Assembly (NCBI GenBank): GCA_964016885.1
Contig: OZ024752.1
Span: forward strand, 17,732,001-17,796,000
Reading direction: 5' to 3'
DNA: 64,000 nucleotides
Source of the DNA: Eledone cirrhosa
Taxonomy: Eukaryota
Made by a program: the position numbers and the translations under genes. Each line of letters opens with the position of its first letter. The stretch's first letter is position 1. Below the pieces are notes generated by a model, which was not told where the DNA came from, searched no databases, and saw only the letters and a program-made list of their open reading frames with translations. This document shows, piece by piece, positions 44,001-59,200 of this stretch.

Positions 44001-47000
44001 CCACCATTCTAACTCCTTCTTATATGGTCTACAACACCACCATTCTAACTCATTCTTATATGGTGTACAACTCCACTATTCTAACTCCTTATTATATGGT
44101 CTACAACTCCACCATTCTAACTCCTTCTTATATGGTCTACAACTCCACCATTCTTACTCCTTCTTATATGGTCTACAACTCCACCATTCTAATTCCTCCT
44201 TATATGGTCTACAACTCCACCATTCTAATTCCTTCTTATATGGTGTACAACTCCACCATTCTAACTCCTTCATATGTGGTATACAACTCCACCATTCTAA
44301 CTCCTTTTTATATGGTGTACAACTCCACCATTCTAATTCCTTCTTATATGGTCTACAACTCCACCATTCTAACTCCTTCATATATGGTCTACAACTCCAC
44401 CATTCTAACTCCTTCTTATATGGTGTACAACTCCACCATTCTAATTCCTTCTTATATGGTCTACAACTCCACCATTCTAACTCCTTCTTATATGGTCTAC
44501 AACTCCCCCATTCTAATTCCTTCTTATATGGTCTACAACTACACTATTCTAACTCCTTCTTATATGGTCTACAACTCCACCATTCTAATTCCTTCTTATA
44601 TGGTCTACAACTCCACCATTCTAACTCCTTCATATTTGGTCTACAACTCCACCATTCTAACTCCTTCTTATATGGTCTACAACTCCACCATGCTAACTCC
44701 TTCTTATATGGTCTACAACTCTACCATTCTAACTCATTCTTATATGTTCTACAACTCCACCATTCTAACTCCTTCTTATATGGTCTACAACTCCACCATT
44801 CTAACTCCTTCTTATATGGTCTACAATACCACCATTCTAACTCCTTCTTATATGGTGTACAACTCCACTATTCTAACTCCTTATTATATGGTCTACAACT
44901 CCACCATTCTAACTCCTTCTTATATGGTCTACAACTCCACCATTCTTACTCCTTCTTATATGGTCTACAACTCCACCATTCTAATTCCTCCTTATATGGT
45001 CTACAACTCCACCATTCTAATTCCTTCTTATATGGTGTACAACTCTACCATTCTAACTCCTTCATATGTGGTTTACAACTCCACCATTCTAACTCCTTTT
45101 TATATGGTGTACAACTCCACCATTCTAATTCCTTCTTATATGGTCTACAACTCCACCATTCTAACTCCTTCATATATGGTCTACAACTCCACCATTCTAA
45201 CTCCTTCTTATATGGTCTACAACTCCACCATTCTAATTCCTTCTTATATGGTCTACAACTCCACCATTCTAATTCCTTCTTATATGGTCTACAACTCCAC
45301 CATTCTAACGCCTTCTTATATGGTCTACAACTCCACCATTCTAACGCCTTCTTATATGGTGTACAACTCCACCATTCTAATTCCTTCTTATATGGTCTAC
45401 AACTCCACCATTCTAACTCCTTCTTATATGGTCTACAACTCCACCATTCTAATTCCTTCTTATATGGTCTACAACTCCACCATTCTAATTCCTTCTCATA
45501 TGGTCTACAACTCCACCATTCTAATTCCTTCTTATACGGTCTACAACTCCACCATTCTAACTCCTTCTTATATGGTCTACAACTCCACCATTCTAACTCC
45601 TTCTTATATGGTCTACAACTCCACCATTCTAACTCCTTCTTATATGGTCTTCAACTCCACCATTCTAACTCCTTCTTATATGGTGTACAACTCCACCATT
45701 CTAACTCCTTCTTATATGGTGTACAACTCCACCATTCTAATTCCTTCTTATATGGTCTACAACTCCACCATTCTAATTCCTTCTTATATGGTCTACAACT
45801 CCACCATTCTAACTCCTTCTTATATGGTCTACAACTCCACCATTCTAATTCCTTCTTATATGGTCTACAACTCCACCATTCTAACTCCTTCATATATGGT
45901 CTACAACTCCACCATTCTAACTCCTTCTTATATGGTCTACAACTCCACCATTCTATCTCCTTCTTATATGGTCTACAACTCCACCATGCTAACTCCTTCT
46001 TATATGGTCTACAACTCTACCATTCTAACTCATTCTTATATGTTCTACAACTCCACCATTCTAACTCCTTCTTATATGGTCTACAACTCCACCATTCTAA
46101 CTCCTTGTTATATGGTCTACAACACCACCATTCTAACTCCTTCTTATATGGTGTACAACTCCACTATTCTAACTCCTTCTTATATGGTCTACAACTCAAC
46201 CATTCTAATTCCTTCTTATATGGTCTACAACTACACTATTCTAACTCCTTCTTATATGGTCTACAACTCCACCATTCTAATTCCTTCTTATATGGTCTAC
46301 AACTCCACCATTCTATCTCCTTCATATATGGTCTACAACTCCACCATTCTAACTCCTTCATATATGGTCTACAACTCCACCATTCTAACTCCTTCTTATA
46401 TGGTCTACAACTCCACCATTCTAACTCCTTCTTATATGGTCTACAACTCCACCATTCTAACTCCTTCTTATATGGTCTACAACTCTACCATTCTAACTCA
46501 TTCTTATATGGTCTACAACTCCACCATTCTAATTCCTCCTTATATGGTCTACAACTCCACCATTCTAATTCCTTCTCATATGGTGTACAACTCCACCATT
46601 CTAACTCCTCCATATCTGGTCTACAATTCCACCATTCTAACTCCTTTTTATATGGTGTACAACTCCACCATTCTAATTCCTTCTTATATGGTCTACAACT
46701 CCACCATTCTAACCCCTTCATATATGGTCTACAACTCCACTATTCTAACTCCTTCTTATATGGTCTACAACTCCACCATTCTAATTCCTTCTTATATGGT
46801 CTACAACTCCACCATTCTAATTCCTTCTTATATGGTCTACAACTCCACCATTCTAACGCCTTCTTATATGGTCTACAACTCCACCATTCTAACGCCTTCT
46901 TATATGGTGTACAACTCCACCTTTCTAATTCCTTCTTATATGGTCTACAACTCCACCATTCTAACTCCTTCTTATATGGTCTACAACTCCACCATTCTAA

Positions 47001-47371
47001 CTCCTTCTTATATGGTCTACAACTCCACCATTCTAATTCCTTCTTATATGGTCTACAACTCCACCATTCTAATTCCTTCTTATATGGTCTACAACTCCAC
47101 CATTCTAACTCCTTCTTATATGGTCTACAACTCCACCATTCTAACACCTTCTTATATGGTCTACAACTGAACCATTCTAACTCCTTCTTATATGGTCTAC
47201 AACTCCACCATTCTAACTCCTTCTTATATGGTGTACAACTCCACCATTCTAACTCCTTCTTATATGGTGTACAACTCCACCATTCTAATTCCTTCTTATA
47301 TGGTCTACAACTCCACCATTCTAATTCCTTCTTATATGGTCTACAACTCCACCATTCTAACTCCTTCTTAT

Positions 47372-50270
47372 ATGGTGTACAACTCCACCATTCTAATTCC
47401 TTCTTATATGGTCTACAACTCCACCATTCTAACTCCTTCTTATATGGTCTACAACTCCCCCATTCTAATTCCTTCTTATATGGTCTACAACTACACTATT
47501 CTAACTCCTTCTTATATGGTCTACAACTCCACCATTCTAATTCCTTCTTATATGGTCTACAACTCCACCATTCTAACTCCTTCATATATAATCTACAACT
47601 CCACCATTCTAACTCCTTCTTATATGGTCTACAACTCCACCATTCTATCTCCTTCTTATATGGTCTACAACTCCACCATTCTAACTCCTTATATGGTCTA
47701 CAACTCCACCAATCTAACTCCGTCTTATATGGTGTACAACTCCACCATTCTAATTCCTTCTTATATGGTCTACAACACCACCATTCTAATTCCTTCTTAT
47801 ATGGTCTACAACTCCACCATTCTAACTCCTTCATATATGGTCTACAACTCTACCATTCTAACTCATTCTAATATGGTCTACAACTCCACCATTCTAACTC
47901 CTTCTTATATGGTCTACAACTCCACCATTCTAACTCCTTCTTATATGGTCTACAACTCCACCATTCTAACTCCTTCTTATATGGTCTACAACTCCACCAT
48001 TCTAACTCCTTCTTATATGGTCTACAACTCCACCATTCTAATTCCTTCTTATATGGTCTACAACTCCACCATTCTAACTCCTTCTTATATGGTGTACAAC
48101 TCCACCATTCTAACTCATTCTTATATGGTCTACAACTCCACCATTCTAACTCCTTCTTATATGGTGTACAACTCCACCATTCTAACTCCTTCTTATATGG
48201 TCTACAACTCCACCATTCTAACTCCTTCTTATATGGTCTACAACTCCACCATTCTAACTCCTTCTTATATGGTCTACAACTCCACCATTCTAATTCCTTC
48301 TTATATGGTCTACAACTCCACCATTTTATCTCCTTCTTATATGGTGTACAACTCCACCATTCTAACTCCTTCTTATATGGTGTACAACTCCACCATTCTA
48401 ACTCCTTCTTATATGGTGTACAACTCCACCATTCTAATTCCTTCTTATATGGTCTACAACTCCACCATTCTAACTCCTTCTTATATGGTCTACGACTCCA
48501 CTATTCTAATTCCTTCTTATATGGTCTACAACTCCACTATTCTAACTCCTTCTTATATGGTCTACAACTACACCATTCTAATTCCTTCTTATATGGTCTA
48601 CAACTCCACCATTCTAACTCCTTCTTATATGGTCTACAACTCCACCATTCTAATTCCTTCATATATGGTCTACAACTCCACCATTCTAACTCCTTCTTAT
48701 ATGGTGTACAACTCCACCATTCTAATTGCTTCTTATATGGTCTACAACTCCACCATTCTAACTCTTTCTTATATGGTCTACAACTCCACCATTCTAACTC
48801 CTTCTTATATGGTCTAAAACTCCACCATTCTAACTCCTTCGTATATGGTCTACAACTCCACCATTCTAACTCCTTATATGGTCTACAACTCCACCATTCT
48901 AACTCCGTCTTATATGGTGTACAACTCCACCATTCTAATTCCTTCTTATATGGTCTACAACTCCACCATTCTAACTCCTTCTTATATGGTCTACAACTCC
49001 CCCATTCTAATTCCTTCTTATATGGTCTACAACTACACTATTCTAACTCCTTCTTATATGGTCTACAACTCCACCATTCTAATTCCTTCTTATATGGTCT
49101 ACAACTCCACCATTCTAACTCCTTCATATATAATCTACAACTCCACCATTCTAACTCCTTCTTATATGGTCTACAACTCCACCATTCTATCTCCTTCTTA
49201 TATGGTCTACAACTCCACCATTCTAACTCCTTATATGGTCTACAACTCCACCAATCTAACTCCGTCTTATATGGTGTACAACTCCACCATTCTAATTCCT
49301 TCTTATATGGTCTACAACACCACCATTCTAATTCCTTCTTATATGGTCTACAACTCCACCATTCTAACTCCTTCATATATGGTCTACAACTCTACCATTC
49401 TAACTCATTCTAATATGGTCTACAACTCCACCATTCTAACTCCTTCTTATATGGTCTACAACTCCACCATTCTAACTCCTTCTTATATGGTCTACAACTC
49501 CACCATTCTAACTCCTTCTTATATGGTCTACAACTCCACCATTCTAACTCCTTCTTATATGGTCTACAACTCCACCATTCTAATTCCTTCTTATATGGTC
49601 TACAACTCCACCATTCTAACTCCTTCTTATATGGTGTACAACTCCACCATTCTAACTCATTCTTATATGGTCTACAACTCCACCATTCTAACTCCTTCTT
49701 ATATGGTGTACAACTCCACCATTCTAACTCCTTCTTATATGGTCTACAACTCCACCATTCTAACTCCTTCTTATATGGTCTACAACTCCACCATTCTAAC
49801 TCCTTCTTATATGGTCTACAACTCCACCATTCTAATTCCTTCTTATATGGTCTACAACTCCACCATTTTATCTCCTTCTTATATGGTGTACAACTCCACC
49901 ATTCTAACTCCTTCTTATATGGTGTACAACTCCACCATTCTAACTCCTTCTTTTATGGTGTACAACTCCACCATTCTAAATCCTTCTTATATGGTCTACA
50001 ACTCCACCATTCTAACTCCTTCTTATATGGTCTACGACTCCACTATTCTAATTCCTTCTTATATGGTCTACAACTCCACTATTCTAACTCCTTCTTATAT
50101 GGTCTACAACTACACCATTCTAATTCCTTCTTATATGGTCTACAACTCCACCATTCTAACTCCTTCTTATATGGTCTACAACTCCACCATTCTAATTCCT
50201 TCATATATGGTCTACAACTCCACCATTCTAACTCCTTCTTATATGGTGTACAACTCCACCATTCTAATTC
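47372..50270. repeat. ~1.35-kb block repeated at a 1,542-bp offset (43 monomers, two of them 33 bp)
   Basis: The minus ORFs 47496..47834 and 49038..49376 are identical. The ataatc, accaatcta, cattctaatatg, attttatct and tacgac variants occur in the same order in both copies. Confidence 0.9.
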
Positions 50271-53200
50271 CTTCATATGTGGTCTACAACTCCACCATTC
50301 TAACTCCTTTTTATATCGTGTACAACTCCACCATTCTAATTCCTTCTTATATGGTCTACAACTCCACCATTCTAACTCCTTCATATATGGTCTACAACTC
50401 CACCATTCTAACTCCTTCTTATATGGTCTACAACTCCACCATTCTAATTCCTTCTTATATGGTCTACGACTCCACCATTCTAACTCCTTCTTATATGGTC
50501 TACAACTACACCATTCTAATTCCTTCTTATATGGTCTACAACTCCACCATTCTAACTCCTTCTTATATGGTCTACAACTCCACCATTCTAATTCCTTCTT
50601 ATATGGTCTACAACTCCACCATTCTAATTCATTCTTATATGGTGTACAACTCCACCATTCTAACTCCTTCATATATGGTCTACAACTCCACCATTCTAAC
50701 TCCTTCTTATATGGTGTACAACTCCACCATTCTAATTGCTTCTTATATGGTCTACAACTCCACCATTCTAACTCTTTCTTATATGGTCTACAACTCCACC
50801 ATTCTAACTCCTTCTTATATGGTCTACAACTCCACCATTCTAACTCCTTCGTATATGGTCTACAACTCCACCATTCTAACTCCTTCTTATATGGTGTACA
50901 ACTCCACCATTCTAATTGCTTCTTATATGGTCTACAACTGCACCATTCTAACTCTTTCTTATATGGTCTACAACTCCACCATTCTAACTCCTTCGTATAT
51001 GGTCTACAACTCCACCATTCTAACTCCTTATATGGTGTACAACTCCACCATTCTAACTCCGTCTTATATGGTGTACAACTCCACCATTCTAATTCCTTCT
51101 TATATGGTCTACAACACCACCATTCTAACTCCTTCTTATATGGTCTACAACTCCACCATTCTAACTCCTTCTTATATGATCTACAACTCCACCATTCTAA
51201 TTCCTTCTTATATTGTCTACAACTCCACCATTTAATCTCCTTCTTATATGGTGTACAACTCCACCATTCTAACTCCTTCTTATATGGTGTACAACTCCAC
51301 CATTCTAACTCCTTCTTATATGGTGTACAACTCCACCATTCTAACTCCTTCTTATATGGTCTACGACTCCACTATTCTAATTCCTTCTTATATCGTCTAC
51401 AACTCCACTATTCTAACTCCTTCTTATATGGTATACAACTACACCATTCTAATTCCTTCTTATATGGTCTACAACTCCACCATTCTAACTCCTTCTTATA
51501 TGGTCTACAACTCCACCATTCTAATTCCTTCATATATGGTCTACAACTCCACCATACTAACTCCTTCTTATATGGTGTACAACTCCACCATTCTAATTAC
51601 TTCTTATATGGTCTACAACTCCAACATTCTAACTCTTTCTTATATGTTCTACAACTCCACCATTCTAACTCCTTCTTATATGGTCTACAACTCCACCATT
51701 CTAACTCCTTCGTATATGGTCTACAACTCCACCATTCTAACTCCTTATATGGTCTACAACTCCACCATTCTAACTCCGTCTTATATGGTCTACAACTCCA
51801 CCATTCTAACTCCTTCTTATATGGTCTACAACTCTACCATTCTAACTCATTCTTATATGGTCTACAACTCCACCATTCTAATTCCTCCTTATATGGTCTA
51901 CAACTCCACCATTCTAATTCCTTCTCATATGGTGTACAACTCCACCATTCTAACTCCTTCATATGTGGTCTACAACTACACCATTCTAACTCCTTTTTAT
52001 ATGGTGTACAACTCCACCATTCTAACTCCTTCTTATATGGTCTACAACTCCACCATTCTAACTCCTTCTTATATGGTCTACAACTCCACCATTCTAACTC
52101 CTTCTTATATGGTCTACAACTCCCCCATTCTAATTGTTCTTATATGGTCTACAACTCCACCATTCTAACTCCTTCTTATATGGTCTACAACTCCACCATT
52201 CTAACTCCTTCTTATATGGTCTACAACTCTACCATTCTAACTCATTCTTATATGGTCTACAACTCCACCATTCTAATTCCTCCTTATATGGTCTACAACT
52301 CCACCATTCTAATTCCTTCTTATATGGTGTACAACTCCACCATTCTAACTCCTTCATATGTGGTCTACAACTCCACCATTCTAACTCCTTTTTATATGGT
52401 GTACAACTCCACCATTCTAATTCCTTCTTATATGGTCTACAACTCCACCATTCTAACTCCTTCATATATGGTCTACAACTCCACCATTCTAACTCCTTCT
52501 TATATGGTCTACAACTCCACCATTCTAATTCCTTCTTATATGGTCTACAACTCCACCATTCTAATTCCTTCTTATATGGTCTACAACTCCACCATTCTAA
52601 CGCCTTCTTATATGGTCTACAACTCCACCATTCTAACACCTTCTTATATGGTGTACAACTCCACCATTCTAACTCCTTCTTATATGGTCTACAACTCCAC
52701 CATTCTAACTCCTTCTTATATGGTCTACAACTCCACCATTCTAATTCCTTCTTATATGGTCTACAACTCCACCATTCTAATTCCTTCTTATATGGTCTAC
52801 AACTCCACCATTCTAATTCCTTCTTATATGGTCTACAACTCCACCATTCTAATTCCTTCTTATATGGTCTACAACTCCACCATTCTAACTCCTTCTTATA
52901 TGGTCTACAACTCCACCATTCTAACTCCTTCTTATATGGTCTACAACTGCACCATTCTAACTCCTTCTTATATGGTCTACAACTCCACCATTCTAACTCC
53001 TTCTTATATGGTCTACAACTCCACCATTCTAATTCCTTCATATATGGTCTACAACTCCACCATTCTAACTCCTTCTTATATGGTGTACAACTCCACCATT
53101 CTAATTGCTTCTTATATGGTCTACAACTCCACCATTCTAACTCTTTCTTATATGGTCTACAACTCCACCATTCTAACTCCTTCTTATATGGTCTAAAACT

Positions 53201-56200
53201 CCACCATTCTAACTCCTTCGTATATGGTCTACAACTCCACCATTCTAACTCCTTATATGGTCTACAACTCCACCATTCTAACTCCGTCTTATATGGTCTA
53301 CAACTCCAACATTCTAACTCCGTCTTATATGGTCTACAACTCCACCATTCTAACTCATTCTTATATGGTCTACAACTCCACCATTCTAATTCCTCCTTAT
53401 ATGGTCTACAACTCCACCATTCTAATTCCTTCATATGTGGTCTACAACTCCACCATTCTAACTCCTTTTTATATCGTGTACAACTCCACCATTCTAATTC
53501 CTTCTTATATGGTCTACAACTCCACCATTCTAACTCCTTCATATATGGTCTACAACTCCACCATTCTAACTCCTTCTTATATGGTCTACAACTCCACCAT
53601 TCTAATTCCTTCTTATATGGTCTACGACTCCACCATTCTAATTCCTTCTTATATGGTCTACAACTCCGCCATTCTAACTCCTTCTTATATGGTCTACGAC
53701 TCCACTATTCTAATTCCTTCTTATATGGTCTACAACTCCACTATTCTAACTCCTTCTTATATGGTCTACAACTACACCATTCTAATTCCTTCTTATATGG
53801 TCTACAACTCCACCATTCTAACTCCTTCTTATATGGTCTACAACTCCACCATTCTAATTCCTTCTTATATGGTCTACAACTCCACCATTCTAACTCTTTC
53901 TTATATGGTCTACAACTCCACCATTCTAACTCCTTCTTATATGGTCTACAACTCCACCATTCTAACTCCTTCGTATATGGTCTACAACTCCACCATTCTA
54001 ACTCCTTCTTATATGGTGTACAACTCCACCATTCTAATTGCTTCTTATATGGTCTACAACTGCACCATTCTAACTCTTTCTTATATGGTCTACAACTCCA
54101 CCATTCTAACTCCTTCGTATATGGTCTACAACTCCACCATTCTAACTCCTTATATGGTGTACAACTCCACCATTCTAACTCCGTCTTATATGGTGTACAA
54201 CTCCACCATTCTAATTCCTTCTTATATGGTCTACAACACCACCATTCTAACTCCTTCTTATATGGTCTACAACTCCACCATTCTAACTCCTTCTTATATG
54301 ATCTACAACTCCACCATTCTAATTCCTTCTTATATTGTCTACAACTCCACCATTTAATCTCCTTCTTATATGGTGTACAACTCCACCATTCTAACTCCTT
54401 CTTATATGGTGTACAACTCCACCATTCTAACTCCTTCTTATATGGTATACAACTACACCATTCTAATTCCTTCTTATATGGTCTACAACTCCACCATTCT
54501 AACTCCTTCTTATATGGTCTACAACTCCACCATTCTAATTCCTTCATATATGGTCTACAACTCCACCATTCTAACTCCTTCTTATATGGTGTACAACTCC
54601 ACCATTCTAACTCCTTCTTATATGGTCTACGACTCCACTATTCTAATTCCTTCTTATATCGTCTACAACTCCACTATTCTAACTCCTTCTTATATGGTAT
54701 ACAACTACACCATTCTAATTCCTTCTTATATGGTCTACAACTCCACCATTCTAACTCCTTCTTATATGGTCTACAACTCCACCATTCTAATTCCTTCATA
54801 TATGGTCTACAACTCCACCATACTAACTCCTTCTTATATGGTGTACAACTCCACCATTCTAACTCCTTCTTATATGGTCTACAACTCCCCCATTCTAATT
54901 CCTTCTTATATGGTCTACAACTCCACCATTCTAATTCCTTCTTATATGGTCTACAACTCCACCATTCTAATTCCTTCTTATATGGTCTACAACTCCACCA
55001 TTCTAACTCCTTCTTATATGGTCTACAACTCCACCATTCTAACTCCTTCTTATATGGTCTACAACTGCACCATTCTAACTCCTTCTTATATGGTCTACAA
55101 CTCCACCATTCTAACTCCTTCTTATATGGTCTACAACTCCACCATTCTAATTCCTTCATATATGGTCTACAACTCCACCATTCTAACTCCTTCTTATATG
55201 GTGTACAACTCCACCATTCTAATTGCTTCTTATATGGTCTACAACTCCACCATTCTAACTCTTTCTTATATGGTCTACAACTCCACCATTCTAACTCCTT
55301 CTTATATGGTCTAAAACTCCACCATTCTAACTCCTTCGTATATGGTCTACAACTCCACCATTCTAACTCCTTATATGGTCTACAACTCCACCATTCTAAC
55401 TCCGTCTTATATGGTCTACAACTCCAACATTCTAACTCCGTCTTATATGGTCTACAACTCCACCATTCTAACTCATTCTTATATGGTCTACAACTCCACC
55501 ATTCTAATTCCTCCTTATATGGTCTACAACTCCACCATTCTAATTCCTTCATATGTGGTCTACAACTCCACCATTCTAACTCCTTTTTATATCGTGTACA
55601 ACTCCACCATTCTAATTCCTTCTTATATGGTCTACAACTCCACCATTCTAACTCCTTCATATATGGTCTACAACTCCACCATTCTAACTCCTTCTTATAT
55701 GGTCTACAACTCCACCATTCTAATTCCTTCTTATATGGTCTACGACTCCACCATTCTAATTCCTTCTTATATGGTCTACAACTCCGCCATTCTAACTCCT
55801 TCTTATATGGTCTACGACTCCACTATTCTAATTCCTTCTTATATGGTCTACAACTCCACTATTCTAACTCCTTCTTATATGGTCTACAACTACACCATTC
55901 TAATTCCTTCTTATATGGTCTACAACTCCACCATTCTAACTCCTTCTTATATGGTCTACAACTCCACCATTCTAATTCCTTCTTATATGGTCTACAACTC
56001 CACCATTCTAACTCTTTCTTATATGGTCTACAACTCCACCATTCTAACTCCTTCTTATATGGTCTACAACTCCACCATTCTAACTCCTTCGTATATGGTC
56101 TACAACTCCACCATTCTAACTCCTTCTTATATGGTGTACAACTCCACCATTCTAATTGCTTCTTATATGGTCTACAACTGCACCATTCTAACTCTTTCTT

Positions 56201-59200
56201 ATATGGTCTACAACTCCACCATTCTAACTCCTTCGTATATGGTCTACAACTCCACCATTCTAACTCCTTATATGGTGTACAACTCCACCATTCTAACTCC
56301 GTCTTATATGGTGTACAACTCCACCATTCTAATTCCTTCTTATATGGTCTACAACACCACCATTCTAACTCCTTCTTATATGGTCTACAACTCCACCATT
56401 CTAACTCCTTCTTATATGATCTACAACTCCACCATTCTAATTCCTTCTTATATTGTCTACAACTCCACCATTTAATCTCCTTCTTATATGGTGTACAACT
56501 CCACCATTCTAACTCCTTCTTATATGGTGTACAACTCCACCATTCTAACTCCTTCTTATATGGTGTACAACTCCACCATTCTAACTCCTTCTTATATGGT
56601 CTACGACTCCACTATTCTAATTCCTTCTTATATCGTCTACAACTCCACTATTCTAACTCCTTCTTATATGGTATACAACTACACCATTCTAATTCCTTCT
56701 TATATGGTCTACAACTCCACCATTCTAACTCCTTCTTATATGGTCTACAACTCCACCATTCTAATTCCTTCATATATGGTCTACAACTCCACCATACTAA
56801 CTCCTTCTTATATGGTGTACAACTCCACCATTCTAATTACTTCTTATATGGTCTACAACTCCAACATTCTAACTCTTTCTTATATGTTCTACAACTCCAC
56901 CATTCTAACTCCTTCTTATATGGTCTACAACTCCACCATTCTAATTGCTTCTTATATGGTCTACAACTCCACCATTCTAACTCCTTATATGGTCTACAAC
57001 TCCACCATTCTAACTCCTTCTTATATGGTCTAAAACTCCACCATTCTAACTCCTTCGTATATGGTCTACAACTCTACCATTCTAACTCATTCTTATATGG
57101 TCTACAACTCCACCATTCTAACTCCGTCTTATATGGTGTACAACTCCACCATTCTAATTCCTTCTTATATGGTCTACAACTCCACCATTCTAACTCCTTC
57201 TTATATGGTCTACAACTCCCCCATTCTAATTCCTTCTTATATGGTCTACAACTACACTATTCTAACTCCTTCTTATATGGTCTACAACTCCACCATTCTA
57301 ATTCCTTCTTATATGGTCTACAACTCCACCATTCTAACTCCTTCATATATAATCTACAACTCCACCATTCTAACTCCTTCTTATATGGTCTACAACTCCA
57401 CCATTCTATCTCCTTCTTATATGGTCTACAACTCCACCATTCTAACTCCTTATATGGTCTACAACTCCACCAATCTAACTCCGTCTTATATGGTGTACAA
57501 CTCCACCATTCTAATTCCTTCTTATATGGTCTACAACACCACCATTCTAATTCCTTCTTATATGGTCTACAACTCCACCATTCTAACTCCTTCATATATG
57601 GTCTACAACTCTACCATTCTAACTCATTCTAATATGGTCTACAACTCCACCATTCTAACTCCTTCTTATATGGTCTACAACTCCACCATTCTAACTCCTT
57701 CTTATATGGTCTACAACTCCACCATTCTAACTCCTTCTTATATGGTCTACAACTCCACCATTCTAACTCCTTCTTATATGGTCTACAACTCCACCATTCT
57801 AATTCCTTCTTATATGGTCTACAACTCCACCATTCTAACTCCTTCTTATATGGTGTACAACTCCACCATTCTAACTCATTCTTATATGGTCTACAACTCC
57901 ACCATTCTAACTCCTTCTTATATGGTGTACAACTCCACCATTCTAACTCCTTCTTATATGGTCTACAACTCCACCATTCTAACTCCTTCTTATATGGTCT
58001 ACAACTCCACCATTCTAACTCCTTCTTATATGGTCTACAACTCCACCATTCTAATTCCTTCTTATATGGTCTACAACTCCACCATTTTATCTCCTTCTTA
58101 TATGGTGTACAACTCCACCATTCTAACTCCTTCTTATATGGTGTACAACTCCACCATTCTAACTCCTTCTTATATGGTGTACAACTCCACCATTCTAATT
58201 CCTTCTTATATGGTCTACAACTCCACCATTCTAACTCCTTCTTATATGGTCTACGACTCCACTATTCTAATTCCTTCTTATATGGTCTACAACTCCACTA
58301 TTCTAACTCCTTCTTATATGGTCTACAACTACACCATTCTAATTCCTTCTTATATGGTCTACAACTCCACCATTCTAACTCCTTCTTATATGGTCTACAA
58401 CTCCACCATTCTAATTCCTTCATATATGGTCTACAACTCCACCATTCTAACTCCTTCTTATATGGTGTACAACTCCACCATTCTAATTCCTTCATATGTG
58501 GTCTACAACTCCACCATTCTAACTCCTTTTTATATCGTGTACAACTCCACCATTCTAATTCCTTCTTATATGGTCTACAACTCCACCATTCTAACTCCTT
58601 CATATATGGTCTACAACTCCACCATTCTAACTCCTTCTTATATGGTCTACAACTCCACCATTCTAATTCCTTCTTATATGGTCTACGACTCCACCATTCT
58701 AACTCCTTCTTATATGGTCTACAACTACACCATTCTAATTCCTTCTTATATGGTCTACAACTCCACCATTCTAACTCCTTCTTATATGGTCTACAACTCC
58801 ACCATTCTAATTCCTTCTTATATGGTCTACAACTCCACCATTCTAATTCATTCTTATATGGTGTACAACTCCACCATTCTAACTCCTTCATATATGGTCT
58901 ACAACTCCACCATTCTAACTCCTTCTTATATGGTGTACAACTCCACCATTCTAATTGCTTCTTATATGGTCTACAACTCCACCATTCTAACTCTTTCTTA
59001 TATGGTCTACAACTCCACCATTCTAACTCCTTCTTATATGGTCTACAACTCCACCATTCTAACTCCTTCGTATATGGTCTACAACTCCACCATTCTAACT
59101 CCTTCTTATATGGTGTACAACTCCACCATTCTAATTGCTTCTTATATGGTCTACAACTGCACCATTCTAACTCTTTCTTATATGGTCTACAACTCCACCA

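Larger units (their letters stand above)
24476..47170 (+). other. Repeat-derived open frame, (MVYNSTIL[T/I]PSY)n, 7,564 aa; probably not a real gene
   Basis: It is bounded only by mid-array stop variants (TAA ending 24448, TGA ending 47170), and the same repeat continues on both sides. The confidence given is for it being a true CDS. Confidence 0.05.
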
